From: a virus
IMG/VR virus record: IMGVR_UViG_3300029788_000157
Strand: one strand, 5' to 3'
Length of the DNA stretch: 64,000 nt
The translations under genes were made by a program, and so were the position numbers. The notes under the pieces are model-generated. The model made no database searches and was not told the origin of the DNA. It saw only the letters and a program-made list of their open reading frames with translations. How positions within the stretch are numbered: position 1 is the first letter of the stretch; every line of letters starts with the position of its first letter. Below are positions 30,077-39,164 of the stretch, one piece after another.

Positions 30077-30237
30077 TTTTACGCATAAAACTAATATTTT
30101 ATGTGTTAGTGAGTATGAAATGCCACCTGATTTTAAGTGTGTTTGGGAAAAGCAAGTAACATCCAGCTTAAAAGTTCATGAGCATATAGCCCGAACAGAA
30201 AAGCTTTTTATGTTGCATCCAGATAAATTATATACAT

Positions 30238-30873
30238 TTAAAGGGTGTTAATAGATACGTTGAAGCATAAAATATTAGTTTCTGCCACTTTTCTACACCA
30301 ATCATAGAACTGTTCATAGTCAAATTCACCTGTAGAATACTTTGTAACCCCTTTATATGGTGGGTCACAATAGATTAAAGCACCAGATAATGTATTCATA
30401 TCAATATCCAGATAATTTTTACTGGTCAATTTAACATCTTGAATAAGCGGAACTTGTTTCATAATATTCCTTATTGCTTCATTTGGAATATCTCTAGGGG
30501 TTACACCATCTGCTTTAAATCCTCTGGCATAACCACCAAAGTATTTTGAACCAAATGTACTACAGAATCCAACCAATCCAACATAATAATCAGGATAATT
30601 CTCTTTGTTTAATCTGACAGAATTATATTCATCTTCTGATATTGTTGATGGTGGTATCCAGCCTTCCTGAAGTTTTTTCAATAAAGCAATCAGTTCTTTA
30701 TGAATGTCATTACCCACACGAACCTTGCAATGAATTTTATCCATCATGTTCAATCCACCGCAGAATGGTTCGTAGTAGATACTGACATTATTATCATCAA
30801 TTAGTGATTGTAATATTGGTGCAATTTGTTTTGATACCTTATTTTTGCTTCCAACGTACTTAATAACAATCAC
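30238..30873 (-). CDS. dam: DNA N6-adenine methyltransferase (Dam/D12 class)
   Basis: N-terminal IKYVGSKNK (motif I-like) and LIYCDPPY (DPPY motif IV). Confidence 0.7.
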   Translation of the reverse strand: MIVIKYVGSKNKVSKQIAPILQSLIDDNNVSIYYEPFCGGLNMMDKIHCKVRVGNDIHKELIALLKKLQEGWIPPSTISEDEYNSVRLNKENYPDYYVGLVGFCSTFGSKYFGGYARGFKADGVTPRDIPNEAIRNIMKQVPLIQDVKLTSKNYLDIDMNTLSGALIYCDPPYKGVTKYSTGEFDYEQFYDWCRKVAETNILCFNVSINTL

Positions 30874-30876
30874 TCC

Positions 30877-31176
30877 TTATGCTGCTTTTACCTTCTTTTT
30901 CTTGTTCTTCACAACTACCTTACCATCATCCTTATCCTTACCCCAGAATACATTGCCACTTACAGGGTCAACATAAGGCTTAGTCTGTACAGTATTACGA
31001 ATAAGTGTATCCCACTTCATATCAGATGTCTTAGGTGTCTTACGAGACTTAATCTTCTTACCAACAGCAATTTTCTTTGCCTTTTCCTGTTTGTTGATGA
31101 TATGTCTACCTTCTGCCTTATATTTTGCACAAGCCTTTGCTCTTGCAGAATCCTTACCATGTTTAGTTCTTCCCAT
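30877..31176 (-). CDS. lysine-rich basic protein
   Basis: 99 aa, >30% K/R. Confidence 0.4.
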   Translation of the reverse strand: MGRTKHGKDSARAKACAKYKAEGRHIINKQEKAKKIAVGKKIKSRKTPKTSDMKWDTLIRNTVQTKPYVDPVSGNVFWGKDKDDGKVVVKNKKKKVKAA

Positions 31177-31195
31177 TATTGTGTCCTCCTTTTAA

Positions 31196-32803
31196 TTAAA
31201 ACATTTTATCTTCATCAATGTCTGTATCAACATTGGTGTCGGTGCTTTTATCTGTAGAGATACCTACATTCACACTTGGTACAGATGGTGTACTTAATTT
31301 TCCACCAAGAAAACCACCCAGTAATGCAGTAATATCAATACCTGTAGACTCTTTGATTCCATCTGTAACCTGACTCATAGTTGTCATGATGTTACCAGCT
31401 AACTGTGAAGAATCTCCACCGAACATTTTGATAGAATCAACATTTGTATAACCCTTACCAACAGCTTCGGCAATCTTCGGTAACTGTTCAAAATAAACCT
31501 TGATAGTATCAAGTTCCATCTGCTGTCTAGCTGCCTCACCATATTCTTTCATGGCTTCTGCCTTTTTCTGAATACCAGCAGCTTCTGCTTCTGCTTTAGC
31601 TCTTGTGGCTTCCGCTTCTGCCTGTCCTTTTGCTGCAATAGCTTCTGCTTCTGCTTTACCAGCAGCTTTTACTGCTTCTGCTTCCTGTTCCTTAGAGAAT
31701 CTTTCTGCTTCTGCCTTTGCTTTGCGTGACTCGGCTTCTTTCTCTGCTTCAAACTTGTCTGCTTCTGCTCTTTTCTGTCTTTCAAAAAGCTCTGCTTCTG
31801 CTTCTTTCTGTCTCTCATACTGTTCTGCATCGGCTTTCTGTTGTGCTGCATATTTATCTGCTTCTGCTTTCTTTTTAATAGATGCTTCCAGAGTCTTTTC
31901 CTGAATAGCAACCTCACGTTCCTTCAACTCAAGCTCTTTTTCCTGTTTTGCAAGATTGGCATTAGCAGTTGTAATTTCTACAGTCTTTCTCTGTTCCTCT
32001 TCCTGAATAGTGTAAGCTGCATCTGCTTCTGCCTTTTTAATATCAGACTCTTTCTTTAATTCAGCTTTCTTAATATCCAGTTCATTCTGTTTAATAGCAA
32101 TTTCGGATTCAGACTGTACTCTTGCATCATTCGCTTCCTTAGAAGCTTTTGCCTTTGCGATTTCTACCTCTTTATCAGCATTTGCTTTTGCAATAGCAGC
32201 ATCCTTTTTAATCTGAGAAATGTTATCAATTCCTAAATCATTGATAACGTGATTTTCGTCAGAGAAACGTTGTACATTAAACGATACCAATTCTAACCCC
32301 ATCTTTTTAAGGTCTGGAATAACATTTTCAGACACTTTCTCAACAAAAGTTTTTCTATCGCCAATCAGCTCACGAAGCTTCATTGTACAGATAATCTCTC
32401 GAATATTTCCTTCAAGAACTTCTGTAACAATATCTCCAATTTCCTCTGTAGATTTATTAAGGAAGTTCTGTGCTGCAATCTCAACCATCTCAGATGTAGA
32501 ACCAACCTTAACATTGACAGCAGAATCAACATAAATGTTGATACAATCCGCAGTAGGTACTGCATCTCCTGTTTTAATATCCAGCGGAATAAGCTTGAGA
32601 GAAAGCTTATCCATTCTCTCAAAGAAAGGAACTTTAATACCAGCTTTTCCGATAAGTACCTTTGGCTTTTTTCTAAGTCCTGAAATAATCAATGCTGTAT
32701 CAGGAGATGCTTTAACATATCCAGATGCCAGTACACCTACTCCACCAACACCAACAACAAAAGGTAACGCAACTGTAATTCCATTCATAACTTCATTTAA
32801 CAT
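31196..32803 (-). CDS. SPFH/band-7 (flotillin-like) membrane protein with long coiled coil
   Basis: N-terminal TM helix, SPFH core, then ~250 aa A/E/K-rich coiled coil. Confidence 0.6.
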   Translation of the reverse strand: MLNEVMNGITVALPFVVGVGGVGVLASGYVKASPDTALIISGLRKKPKVLIGKAGIKVPFFERMDKLSLKLIPLDIKTGDAVPTADCINIYVDSAVNVKVGSTSEMVEIAAQNFLNKSTEEIGDIVTEVLEGNIREIICTMKLRELIGDRKTFVEKVSENVIPDLKKMGLELVSFNVQRFSDENHVINDLGIDNISQIKKDAAIAKANADKEVEIAKAKASKEANDARVQSESEIAIKQNELDIKKAELKKESDIKKAEADAAYTIQEEEQRKTVEITTANANLAKQEKELELKEREVAIQEKTLEASIKKKAEADKYAAQQKADAEQYERQKEAEAELFERQKRAEADKFEAEKEAESRKAKAEAERFSKEQEAEAVKAAGKAEAEAIAAKGQAEAEATRAKAEAEAAGIQKKAEAMKEYGEAARQQMELDTIKVYFEQLPKIAEAVGKGYTNVDSIKMFGGDSSQLAGNIMTTMSQVTDGIKESTGIDITALLGGFLGGKLSTPSVPSVNVGISTDKSTDTNVDTDIDEDKMF

Positions 32804-32842
32804 TTATTTTTCCTCCTAAATTAAATTCATACTTGTTTTGAT

Positions 32843-32866
32843 GTATAACTTTGATAGTTATTATAT
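32843..32866 (-). promoter_or_regulatory. motif A (variant) upstream of the SPFH gene
   Basis: gtataactttgatagttattatat. Confidence 0.35.
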
Positions 32867-32867
32867 G

Positions 32868-33464
32868 TTATACGTTAGACAGCTCTTTATACTCTTTAAG
32901 CATTTCAGCCATATCTGGATTAGCTTTTGCTAACATTTCATAAAGTACAATCTCCTGATTGTCTTTAATCATAGCGTCCATTCGCTTCTTCAGAGCATTT
33001 TTCTTCTTACGATTTTCCTTGCGTTTCTCAAAATCTGCAAAGTCAACCTTACACACAACTTCCTTTGTAACTGTAACACCATCATAGTCAACCTGAGATT
33101 TTACTTCAGATACTTTTCCTACAGAAAAACCTCTTGTTGTATCAACCAAGACAAAATCATCCTTTTTGATAGTATCATCGAATAATGCAAATGCATAATC
33201 CTTTGTGGTATTAACCCATTCAGGGAATCTGACCATTGCTACTTTGTAATTACCCTTAACTGCCATATTATCTTCATACCTTTCTAAATATATTTCTTTA
33301 ATCACTAATTCTTTTCTTCCCAGTCCATTCCAATTATCAAAACAGATTTTACAACTGGTCGGAGAATAGTAATTTAAAATTGTTCCTATTTGTTCATATG
33401 ATTGAATATGCTCGGCAGTAACAATTATTCTGTCACCAGATTTAAACTTTTTCATCTGTATCAC
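32868..33464 (-). CDS. hypothetical protein
   Basis: 198-aa ORF. Confidence 0.4.
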   Translation of the reverse strand: MIQMKKFKSGDRIIVTAEHIQSYEQIGTILNYYSPTSCKICFDNWNGLGRKELVIKEIYLERYEDNMAVKGNYKVAMVRFPEWVNTTKDYAFALFDDTIKKDDFVLVDTTRGFSVGKVSEVKSQVDYDGVTVTKEVVCKVDFADFEKRKENRKKKNALKKRMDAMIKDNQEIVLYEMLAKANPDMAEMLKEYKELSNV

Positions 33465-33701
33465 CTATCCAATCTTTCTCAAAGATTCTTCTCTATATTG
33501 ATTAATCCTTCCACTATCCAATTTTACTTGCACGTACTTTCTATTGTATTGTGGTGGATAATCAATATATCGAATTACTTCTCCAGTGCCTTTTGTAGTT
33601 CCACAACTACTTTGTATTTCAACTCTATTACCTTTACAGAATCGCATTAATACTGTACAGCTTCCTGTCTGGTGATAAAGAAATGGATTCCAGCAGCACA
33701 T
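33465..33701 (-). CDS. hypothetical protein
   Basis: 78-aa ORF. Confidence 0.35.
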   Translation of the reverse strand: MCCWNPFLYHQTGSCTVLMRFCKGNRVEIQSSCGTTKGTGEVIRYIDYPPQYNRKYVQVKLDSGRINQYREESLRKIG

Positions 33702-34867
33702 TCATCCCATCTGTCTGTCTCAAAATCCTCTACTTCAACCGTTGTTCCTACACGATAAATGAAATCACTATCGTAATTACTCGGAATTGAAGTTAATCCA
33801 TCATCCTCACCATCTAAAGTTGTAATAGAAAGAACTTCTGCTTTAGAACAACGACACTTACGACTTGTGGCACTGGAACGTAAAGCATCTTCCGTTATTC
33901 TAAGTTTTACAATATGACCATTTGCTTTCTTATAACCAATGAATGAACCCTCTTCAGGGCATACAAGAGCAAAGAACCCTGTACACTCATCATATCTAAC
34001 ATTCAGGAGGTTAGCACTTCTGAGGTCAGCACCACTGAGGTTAGCACTTCTGAGGTTAGCACCACTGAGGTCAGCACCACTGAGGTTAGCACTTCTGAGG
34101 TCAGCACCACTGAGGTTAGCACTTCTGAGGTTAGCACCACTGAGGTTAGCACTTCTGAGGTCAGCACTTCTGAGGTTAGCACCACTGAGGTTAGCACTTC
34201 TGAGGTCAGCACCACTGAGGTTAGCACTTCTGAGGTCAGCACCACTGAGGTTAGCACTTCTGAGGTCAGCACTTCTGAGGTCAGCACCACTGAGGTTAGC
34301 ACTTCTGAGGTCAGCACCACTGAGGTTAGCACTTCTGAGGTTAGCACCACTGAGGTTAGCACTTCTGAGGTCAGCACTTCTGAGGTTAGCACCACTGAGG
34401 TTAGCACTTCTGAGGTCAGCACCACTGAGGTTAGCACTTCTGAGGTCAGCACTTCTGAGGTTAGCACCACTGAGGTTAGCACTTCTGAGGTCAGCACTTC
34501 TGAGGTCAGCACCACTGAGGTTAGCACTTCTGAGGTTAGCACTTCTGAGGTCAGCACCACTGAGGTTAGCACTTCTGAGGTTAGCACCATAAAAATCATA
34601 TTCATTTAATTTATTCTGATTGCCTTTGGCAATCAGTTCCAGAACTTCTTCCCTGTTAAATGGTTTAATGTGACCGATTTTCTCAAAATACTGTGCTTCT
34701 ACTACATAAGATGCTCCAAGACAAAACGGATTACTCTTATGAGACATTACACGTACTTCGATTTCATCTCCATGAACAGAAAGGATTCTACCCCTTGTCA
34801 TATCCATGTCTGTGATACAATACTTATCTGATATTCCTTTTACAATATCATCTACAACAAAATTCAT
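33647..34867 (-). CDS. pentapeptide-repeat protein (about 38 consecutive A(D/N)LRS / ANLSG pentapeptides) with unique N- and C-terminal domains
   Basis: Uninterrupted pentapeptide repeats encoded by a 15-bp periodic DNA repeat at 34003..34590; flanking non-repetitive domains. Confidence 0.7.
   Translation of the reverse strand: MNFVVDDIVKGISDKYCITDMDMTRGRILSVHGDEIEVRVMSHKSNPFCLGASYVVEAQYFEKIGHIKPFNREEVLELIAKGNQNKLNEYDFYGANLRSANLSGADLRSANLRSANLSGADLRSADLRSANLSGANLRSADLRSANLSGADLRSANLSGANLRSADLRSANLSGANLRSANLSGADLRSANLSGADLRSADLRSANLSGADLRSANLSGADLRSANLSGANLRSADLRSANLSGANLRSANLSGADLRSANLSGADLSGANLRSANLSGADLRSANLLNVRYDECTGFFALVCPEEGSFIGYKKANGHIVKLRITEDALRSSATSRKCRCSKAEVLSITTLDGEDDGLTSIPSNYDSDFIYRVGTTVEVEDFETDRWDECAAGIHFFITRQEAVQY
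34003..34590. repeat. 15-bp periodic tandem DNA repeat (ctgaggt[ct]agcac[ct][at], about 39 units) encoding the pentapeptide repeats
   Basis: Direct inspection; units alternate between two variants. Confidence 0.9.
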
Positions 34868-34893
34868 ACTATTTACCTAACCTTTCTTTGATA

Positions 34894-35166
34894 TTATCCT
34901 GTAAAATTCCATTTAATTGGATATACATTACTTCCGCTGCCTATAAATGTGAAATTATCGCCACAATAAGGACATTTGCCCTGACAAGGTGCATAATGCG
35001 GATTATCCTTTGAATATCGTTCTCTTTCACGATAATCAAATACATGACCTGTTTTGCACTGACACAGAAAACTCATTTTATTTTGCATGGTTTTCTTTTT
35101 CTTTCGGGTGTACTCAGGATGTTCCCTTGCAAATTCTTCCCAAGTCATACGACTTTTCTCTGCCAT
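34894..35166 (-). CDS. small zinc-finger protein
   Basis: CQC...H...CQGKCPYCG. Confidence 0.4.
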   Translation of the reverse strand: MAEKSRMTWEEFAREHPEYTRKKKKTMQNKMSFLCQCKTGHVFDYRERERYSKDNPHYAPCQGKCPYCGDNFTFIGSGSNVYPIKWNFTG

Positions 35167-35636
35167 TATTTTTCCTTTTTCAATGACAGATTCTTAATCA
35201 TTGGCTTATGCTTTAACATTGCTGCATCTGTTGACTGAGTAATATCCACAACAGTTACTACAACCTTTTTTCTGCCCTTCTTTGTATCAGAGACAACCAA
35301 TACATCATCTCCTACTTTTACAGGAATACCTCTAGTGTTCTTCCATGTATATTTCTTATGGCAGTTCCTAAACATCCCAATGATGTAAGTTACTGGTGGT
35401 CTTTCTACCTTATCCTCCTGAGTAATGCAAGGAATTTCTTCCAGACCACATTGATTTGCAACCAGATAACGTACATAATTATCTGTCAGAACTCCATCAG
35501 AATTAACAACAATCGGTTTATCAATGGTATTATGCTTTTCAACATAATTCTTGACTCTTTCAATCTTGTCACTTCTGGGAGTACTTTGAGTGAACTCTTT
35601 CGGAATAATCACTTCCGAAACTTTAATGGTTCTCAT
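35166..35636 (-). CDS. ParB-like nuclease domain protein
   Basis: IVVNSDGVLTDNYVRYLVANQCGLEEIPC matches the ParB N-terminal domain pattern. Confidence 0.5.
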   Translation of the reverse strand: MRTIKVSEVIIPKEFTQSTPRSDKIERVKNYVEKHNTIDKPIVVNSDGVLTDNYVRYLVANQCGLEEIPCITQEDKVERPPVTYIIGMFRNCHKKYTWKNTRGIPVKVGDDVLVVSDTKKGRKKVVVTVVDITQSTDAAMLKHKPMIKNLSLKKEK

Positions 35637-35654
35637 GTTCTTCTCCTTTCTTGG

Positions 35655-35675
35655 TGTATAACCTTAATAGTTTAT
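35655..35675 (-). promoter_or_regulatory. motif A upstream of the ParB-like gene
   Basis: tgtataaccttaatagtttat. Confidence 0.45.
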
Positions 35676-35695
35676 TGTAATTAACTAAGCATAGC

Positions 35696-36049
35696 TTAGA
35701 TAACAACCAAAAGTTTATAAGTAACACTATGTATCCGAAACACAAATTCATACTGTGCTTCGCTATATTTCTTGAACATACACTCTGTAATTTCATTTTG
35801 TAATACATTGAATAAGAATGTATGTTTTCTATCATTCTTGTAAAAGATGATTCTGCCATCCTCAATACTTCCCGACACTTTCTTTTCAGCAAGTCTTGAT
35901 AACAACATATAGGGATTCTCAATATAAATATCCATGTGGATTTCTGATAATTTCAGAATTGTTGACTGCAAAACTTTTAAATCATTATCATTTGCAAATC
36001 CACAATTCTTATAATTTTCAATCTGACTCATAGAATTGACTCCTTTCAA
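35696..36049 (-). CDS. hypothetical protein
   Basis: ORF from the track; start uncertain. Confidence 0.35.
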   Translation of the reverse strand: MKGVNSMSQIENYKNCGFANDNDLKVLQSTILKLSEIHMDIYIENPYMLLSRLAEKKVSGSIEDGRIIFYKNDRKHTFLFNVLQNEITECMFKKYSEAQYEFVFRIHSVTYKLLVVI

Positions 36050-36230
36050 CTAGACAAGAAGTTTTAGATGTGCTAAAATATGGTTGCACAAATATACCTC
36101 TTGTTGGTAATTTAGATGCTGCCTTCGATAGTCGCTCGCCAAAGTCATTATCGAAGGTATTTTTTATTGTATGGACATAATACCATAAATCAAAATGTTT
36201 TGCAAGATTATTTCGAACAAGTGTTCTGTC

Positions 36231-37184
36231 TTATTCTTCGAAAACATCAATATGTCCTTTAACTATTTCTCTAAAAGCTCTAACTTCGTTGTTATAATTA
36301 CATCTTTCCAGCTCTTCAGAAATAATCCTGTGTATTGTTCTGTCTTTCTCTTCTCTTCCAAAGGCTTCCTGTAATGTTATATCATGTTCTGCAAAAATGT
36401 TTTTCAGTCTGTACATGATACCACTTATATATAATTGCATTGGAAGTAAATTATATTCGACATACTCTTCAGAAATCTTTCTCAATTTATTATAGTAACT
36501 AAATTTAACATTTGGAGAATCATTTCTACTTTCCAACTTAAAAACTGTATCTGGATAATCGCCATGCACTTTCATTTCAAATACTCCATAACGATTTTTG
36601 CGTTCCCATGTATCAGTTTGAGATAATTCAATCAAATCTCCGCATAATTCAGATGAAATTTCTAAATCATATCTATGTCCATTTGATTCTTCTAATGTAA
36701 CTTTATTTCCTTGAATGTGAGAACCCCTAAGATTCTTTATTACACTCATATCATTATTATAAATTCCTTCATATAGACAGGAAAATAATGCTTGATAATA
36801 TAACGTATTTAATGGTTCAAAACATTTTATGTCATGAATCACTTCTAAATATTTTTTATGAGATATAAATTTCTGTGCTGCTTTAGGTTTAGCTTTCATC
36901 CATAACACTGACCTGTCCATTGATTGAATCATTTGGTACAGATTATCATTATCAACCAGTCCATCATTTTTTAGCCATTTAGCGTATAACGATAATACAT
37001 AACATATTGTAGTTATATCTTTTTGACTTTTTGGTTTTGAATCCAATATTAGATTCTCCAATTGGATTAGATTGTAATTGATGATGCCATTCCAGTCATG
37101 TTTCGAATTAATTATCGCTGCTTTAACAACCTTTTCCGTATTAGGAGATTCTATTGAGTTTATAAATCTATCTACATTACTCAT
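36231..37184 (-). CDS. hypothetical protein
   Basis: 317-aa ORF downstream of a sigma-A/operator promoter at 37343. Confidence 0.4.
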   Translation of the reverse strand: MSNVDRFINSIESPNTEKVVKAAIINSKHDWNGIINYNLIQLENLILDSKPKSQKDITTICYVLSLYAKWLKNDGLVDNDNLYQMIQSMDRSVLWMKAKPKAAQKFISHKKYLEVIHDIKCFEPLNTLYYQALFSCLYEGIYNNDMSVIKNLRGSHIQGNKVTLEESNGHRYDLEISSELCGDLIELSQTDTWERKNRYGVFEMKVHGDYPDTVFKLESRNDSPNVKFSYYNKLRKISEEYVEYNLLPMQLYISGIMYRLKNIFAEHDITLQEAFGREEKDRTIHRIISEELERCNYNNEVRAFREIVKGHIDVFEE

Positions 37185-37342
37185 GATATGCTCCTTTCTT
37201 TTTCGTTGTTGTTCTTTTATTTCAGCTAATATTATTATACGTAAATTGCCTTAATTTTAGGAACTAACAACCAGATATTTTTTTATTTTTTCTGTAGAGA
37301 TATGTATTTCATCTCTGTATCTATATATTAGCATACATGAGT

Positions 37343-37360
37343 GTAGTTGTCAACAACATT
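37343..37360 (-). promoter_or_regulatory. sigma-A-type promoter (TTGACA-N17-TAATAT) overlapping operator
   Basis: tgtagttgtcaacaacat. Confidence 0.5.
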
Positions 37361-37390
37361 TGTGGTGTTTTTTACCAGAAATCTTACCGT

Positions 37391-37747
37391 CTAACCAGAC
37401 ACAACTCCATATCCTTCATTGGGTTTACAAGTTACAATAAGCTCAACACCATATGCCTTTTCTATCTCTTTAATATGGTCTATTCGCCTTAAAATAATAC
37501 TTTCATGTACATTGGTATATAATACCATGTACTTTCTGCCAGAATCAAAATCTGGATTTGCTCTCAGTTCTCTGGACAATTCAAAACAAATAGCCTGTAA
37601 GAACTCTTCAAATGTATCTGCATCGTAAATAATTGCATTTGGAACTGTATTAAGCTCTTCTTTGTAAGACGCAACCTTTACACCATTTTCCTTTGCCAGC
37701 ATACCAACGATATACGCTTTACCAGCAATGCCCTTTAAAAGTAACAT
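37391..37747 (-). CDS. hypothetical protein
   Basis: Start moved to the internal MLLLKG because motif A occupies 37763..37782. Confidence 0.4.
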   Translation of the reverse strand: MLLLKGIAGKAYIVGMLAKENGVKVASYKEELNTVPNAIIYDADTFEEFLQAICFELSRELRANPDFDSGRKYMVLYTNVHESIILRRIDHIKEIEKAYGVELIVTCKPNEGYGVVSG

Positions 37748-37762
37748 ATAATCTCCTTTCAA

Positions 37763-37782
37763 TGTATAACCTTAACAGGTAG
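37763..37782 (-). promoter_or_regulatory. motif A
   Basis: tgtataaccttaacaggtag. Confidence 0.4.
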
Positions 37783-37825
37783 GAAAGGCGGTAAAACTAC
37801 CGCTGTTCCTACTCTATTATATATT

Positions 37826-39040
37826 TTACGCTTCATGCTCTTCTGAATCTGCCATAATGCTCTCAGCAAAGCTTTCATATCCATCGTTTACATCGTTTTC
37901 AGAATCAACGGTTTCCTCTGATTCTTCTACAGATTCAGAATCAACTTCCTCATTAACTTCCGTATTATCTTCAGCTCCATCCTCATCCATTTTAAAGAAC
38001 TCTGCATAGCTGTCTGCTAATGCCTTATCTCTTGTCTGGATATTCATATTTTTAGATACACCAGAAGTGGCTGCCATATTGTAATCTTCAGATACGCTTG
38101 CACCATCGTCTGTTTTAAAGAAATCAACAATCCAGTCTGCCATAAGGTTTTCATCAATACCAGCTTCTACAGCCTTTTTAAAATAAGGAATAAGTGATAC
38201 CATATGAGTTTCAGTAAACAGTTTCTTAGCAACCTTTTTCTCTTTACGTTCAATCAGATTGTAATGAGTATCAAAGATAAGGTCAAACACTTCAATCAGT
38301 GCCAACTTTTCAGTTTCAGTAATCTCTGTGTTTTCAAGCAATGGATTAAATACTTTACTCTCAAAGCTTACATCCTGAATATCCTGATTCATCATGCACC
38401 AGCACTTCATTACTAATGCTGCCTGATTCTTGTTTTCGATTGCCTTCTCTGTCAACATACCATCTGTAGAACTAAACAGTTTATGAGAACCAATATTTAA
38501 CAGACCTTCAATATCTTTGCAAGATGCAAGTGTTCTTGATTTTGCACTCAGAGGTTTGCCAGCATTTAATCTCTTGAAAAGTTCTTTAGATTCTTCGTTT
38601 GTCAGGTTATCAAAGTAAATAACACTAATACGTGCGTTCTTTACCTTCTCCTGAAGTCCTTCTGGAAGGTCTGAAAATTTCATACCTGAAATATCAACTG
38701 TTTCGTCTGTATCTGTAAGTTCATCATAATATGTTACAGGTGGTAAATCTGTCAATGCAAATTCATCATTGATAAAACTTGCAATAGTAGAAAGTCTCTG
38801 TTTACCATCCATAATGTCATATACATTACTGTTTCTCTTACCAGAACCATCATCAAATCTTCTTGCATATACCGCTGGAATCGGAACACTGATAATTGTA
38901 CTCTCAATCAATCCAGACTTTCTTGCTCTTTCCCATACCAGACCTCTCTGTACAAGATTTGTAAAGACGATTCTCTCATTCTTTACCATAGCTGCTAACT
39001 GTTTTGCTCCCCATGTAATACTTGCGTTTTCAAATGACAT
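37826..39040 (-). CDS. DUF262 (ParB-like/GmrSD N-terminal) domain protein with strongly acidic C-terminal tail
   Basis: IMDGKQRLSTI matches the DGQQR-type motif; last ~55 residues are D/E-rich. Confidence 0.6.
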   Translation of the reverse strand: MSFENASITWGAKQLAAMVKNERIVFTNLVQRGLVWERARKSGLIESTIISVPIPAVYARRFDDGSGKRNSNVYDIMDGKQRLSTIASFINDEFALTDLPPVTYYDELTDTDETVDISGMKFSDLPEGLQEKVKNARISVIYFDNLTNEESKELFKRLNAGKPLSAKSRTLASCKDIEGLLNIGSHKLFSSTDGMLTEKAIENKNQAALVMKCWCMMNQDIQDVSFESKVFNPLLENTEITETEKLALIEVFDLIFDTHYNLIERKEKKVAKKLFTETHMVSLIPYFKKAVEAGIDENLMADWIVDFFKTDDGASVSEDYNMAATSGVSKNMNIQTRDKALADSYAEFFKMDEDGAEDNTEVNEEVDSESVEESEETVDSENDVNDGYESFAESIMADSEEHEA

Positions 39041-39132
39041 AATGTTTCCTCCTTGATATTTAAAATGTTGTGTTTGTGTGTGTTGGGATTTTTATTTCCC
39101 TCTCTTAACTTAACTACATGATACCATATATT

Positions 39133-39149
39133 CATGTAGTTGTCAAGTA
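39133..39149 (-). promoter_or_regulatory. sigma-A-type promoter (TTGACA-N17-TATCAT) overlapping operator; drives the DUF262 gene
   Basis: atgtagttgtcaagtag. Confidence 0.5.
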
Positions 39150-39164
39150 GTTTCAAAATATTTT

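Larger units (their letters stand above)
28440..30100 (-). mobile_element. IS200/IS605-family TnpB-only (IS1341-like) element; boundaries approximate
   Basis: Full-length TnpB gene. Perfect subterminal palindrome CTACTTGTTGTT-ATAA-AACAACAAGTAG at 30049..30076 on the 5' (LE) side. Related CTACTTGTCAACAAC at 28468 plus a 9-bp hairpin spanning the tnpB stop on the RE side. Confidence 0.5.

Noticed and set aside
31605-32059. ORFs 31605..31904 (+), 31669..31917 (-), 31841..32059 (+) and 32380..32622 (-)
   Set aside because: They are low-complexity frames overlapping the A/E/K coiled-coil region of the SPFH gene on either strand; they are artefacts of the biased codon repeats.
34003-34605. Regular 15-bp repeats that superficially resemble a CRISPR array; ORFs 33939..34592 (+) and 34003..34605 (-) in the track
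   Set aside because: The repeats are contiguous with no spacers and are the coding repeats of the pentapeptide-repeat gene 33647..34867. The other two ORFs are alternative-frame or antisense artefacts of the same repeat.
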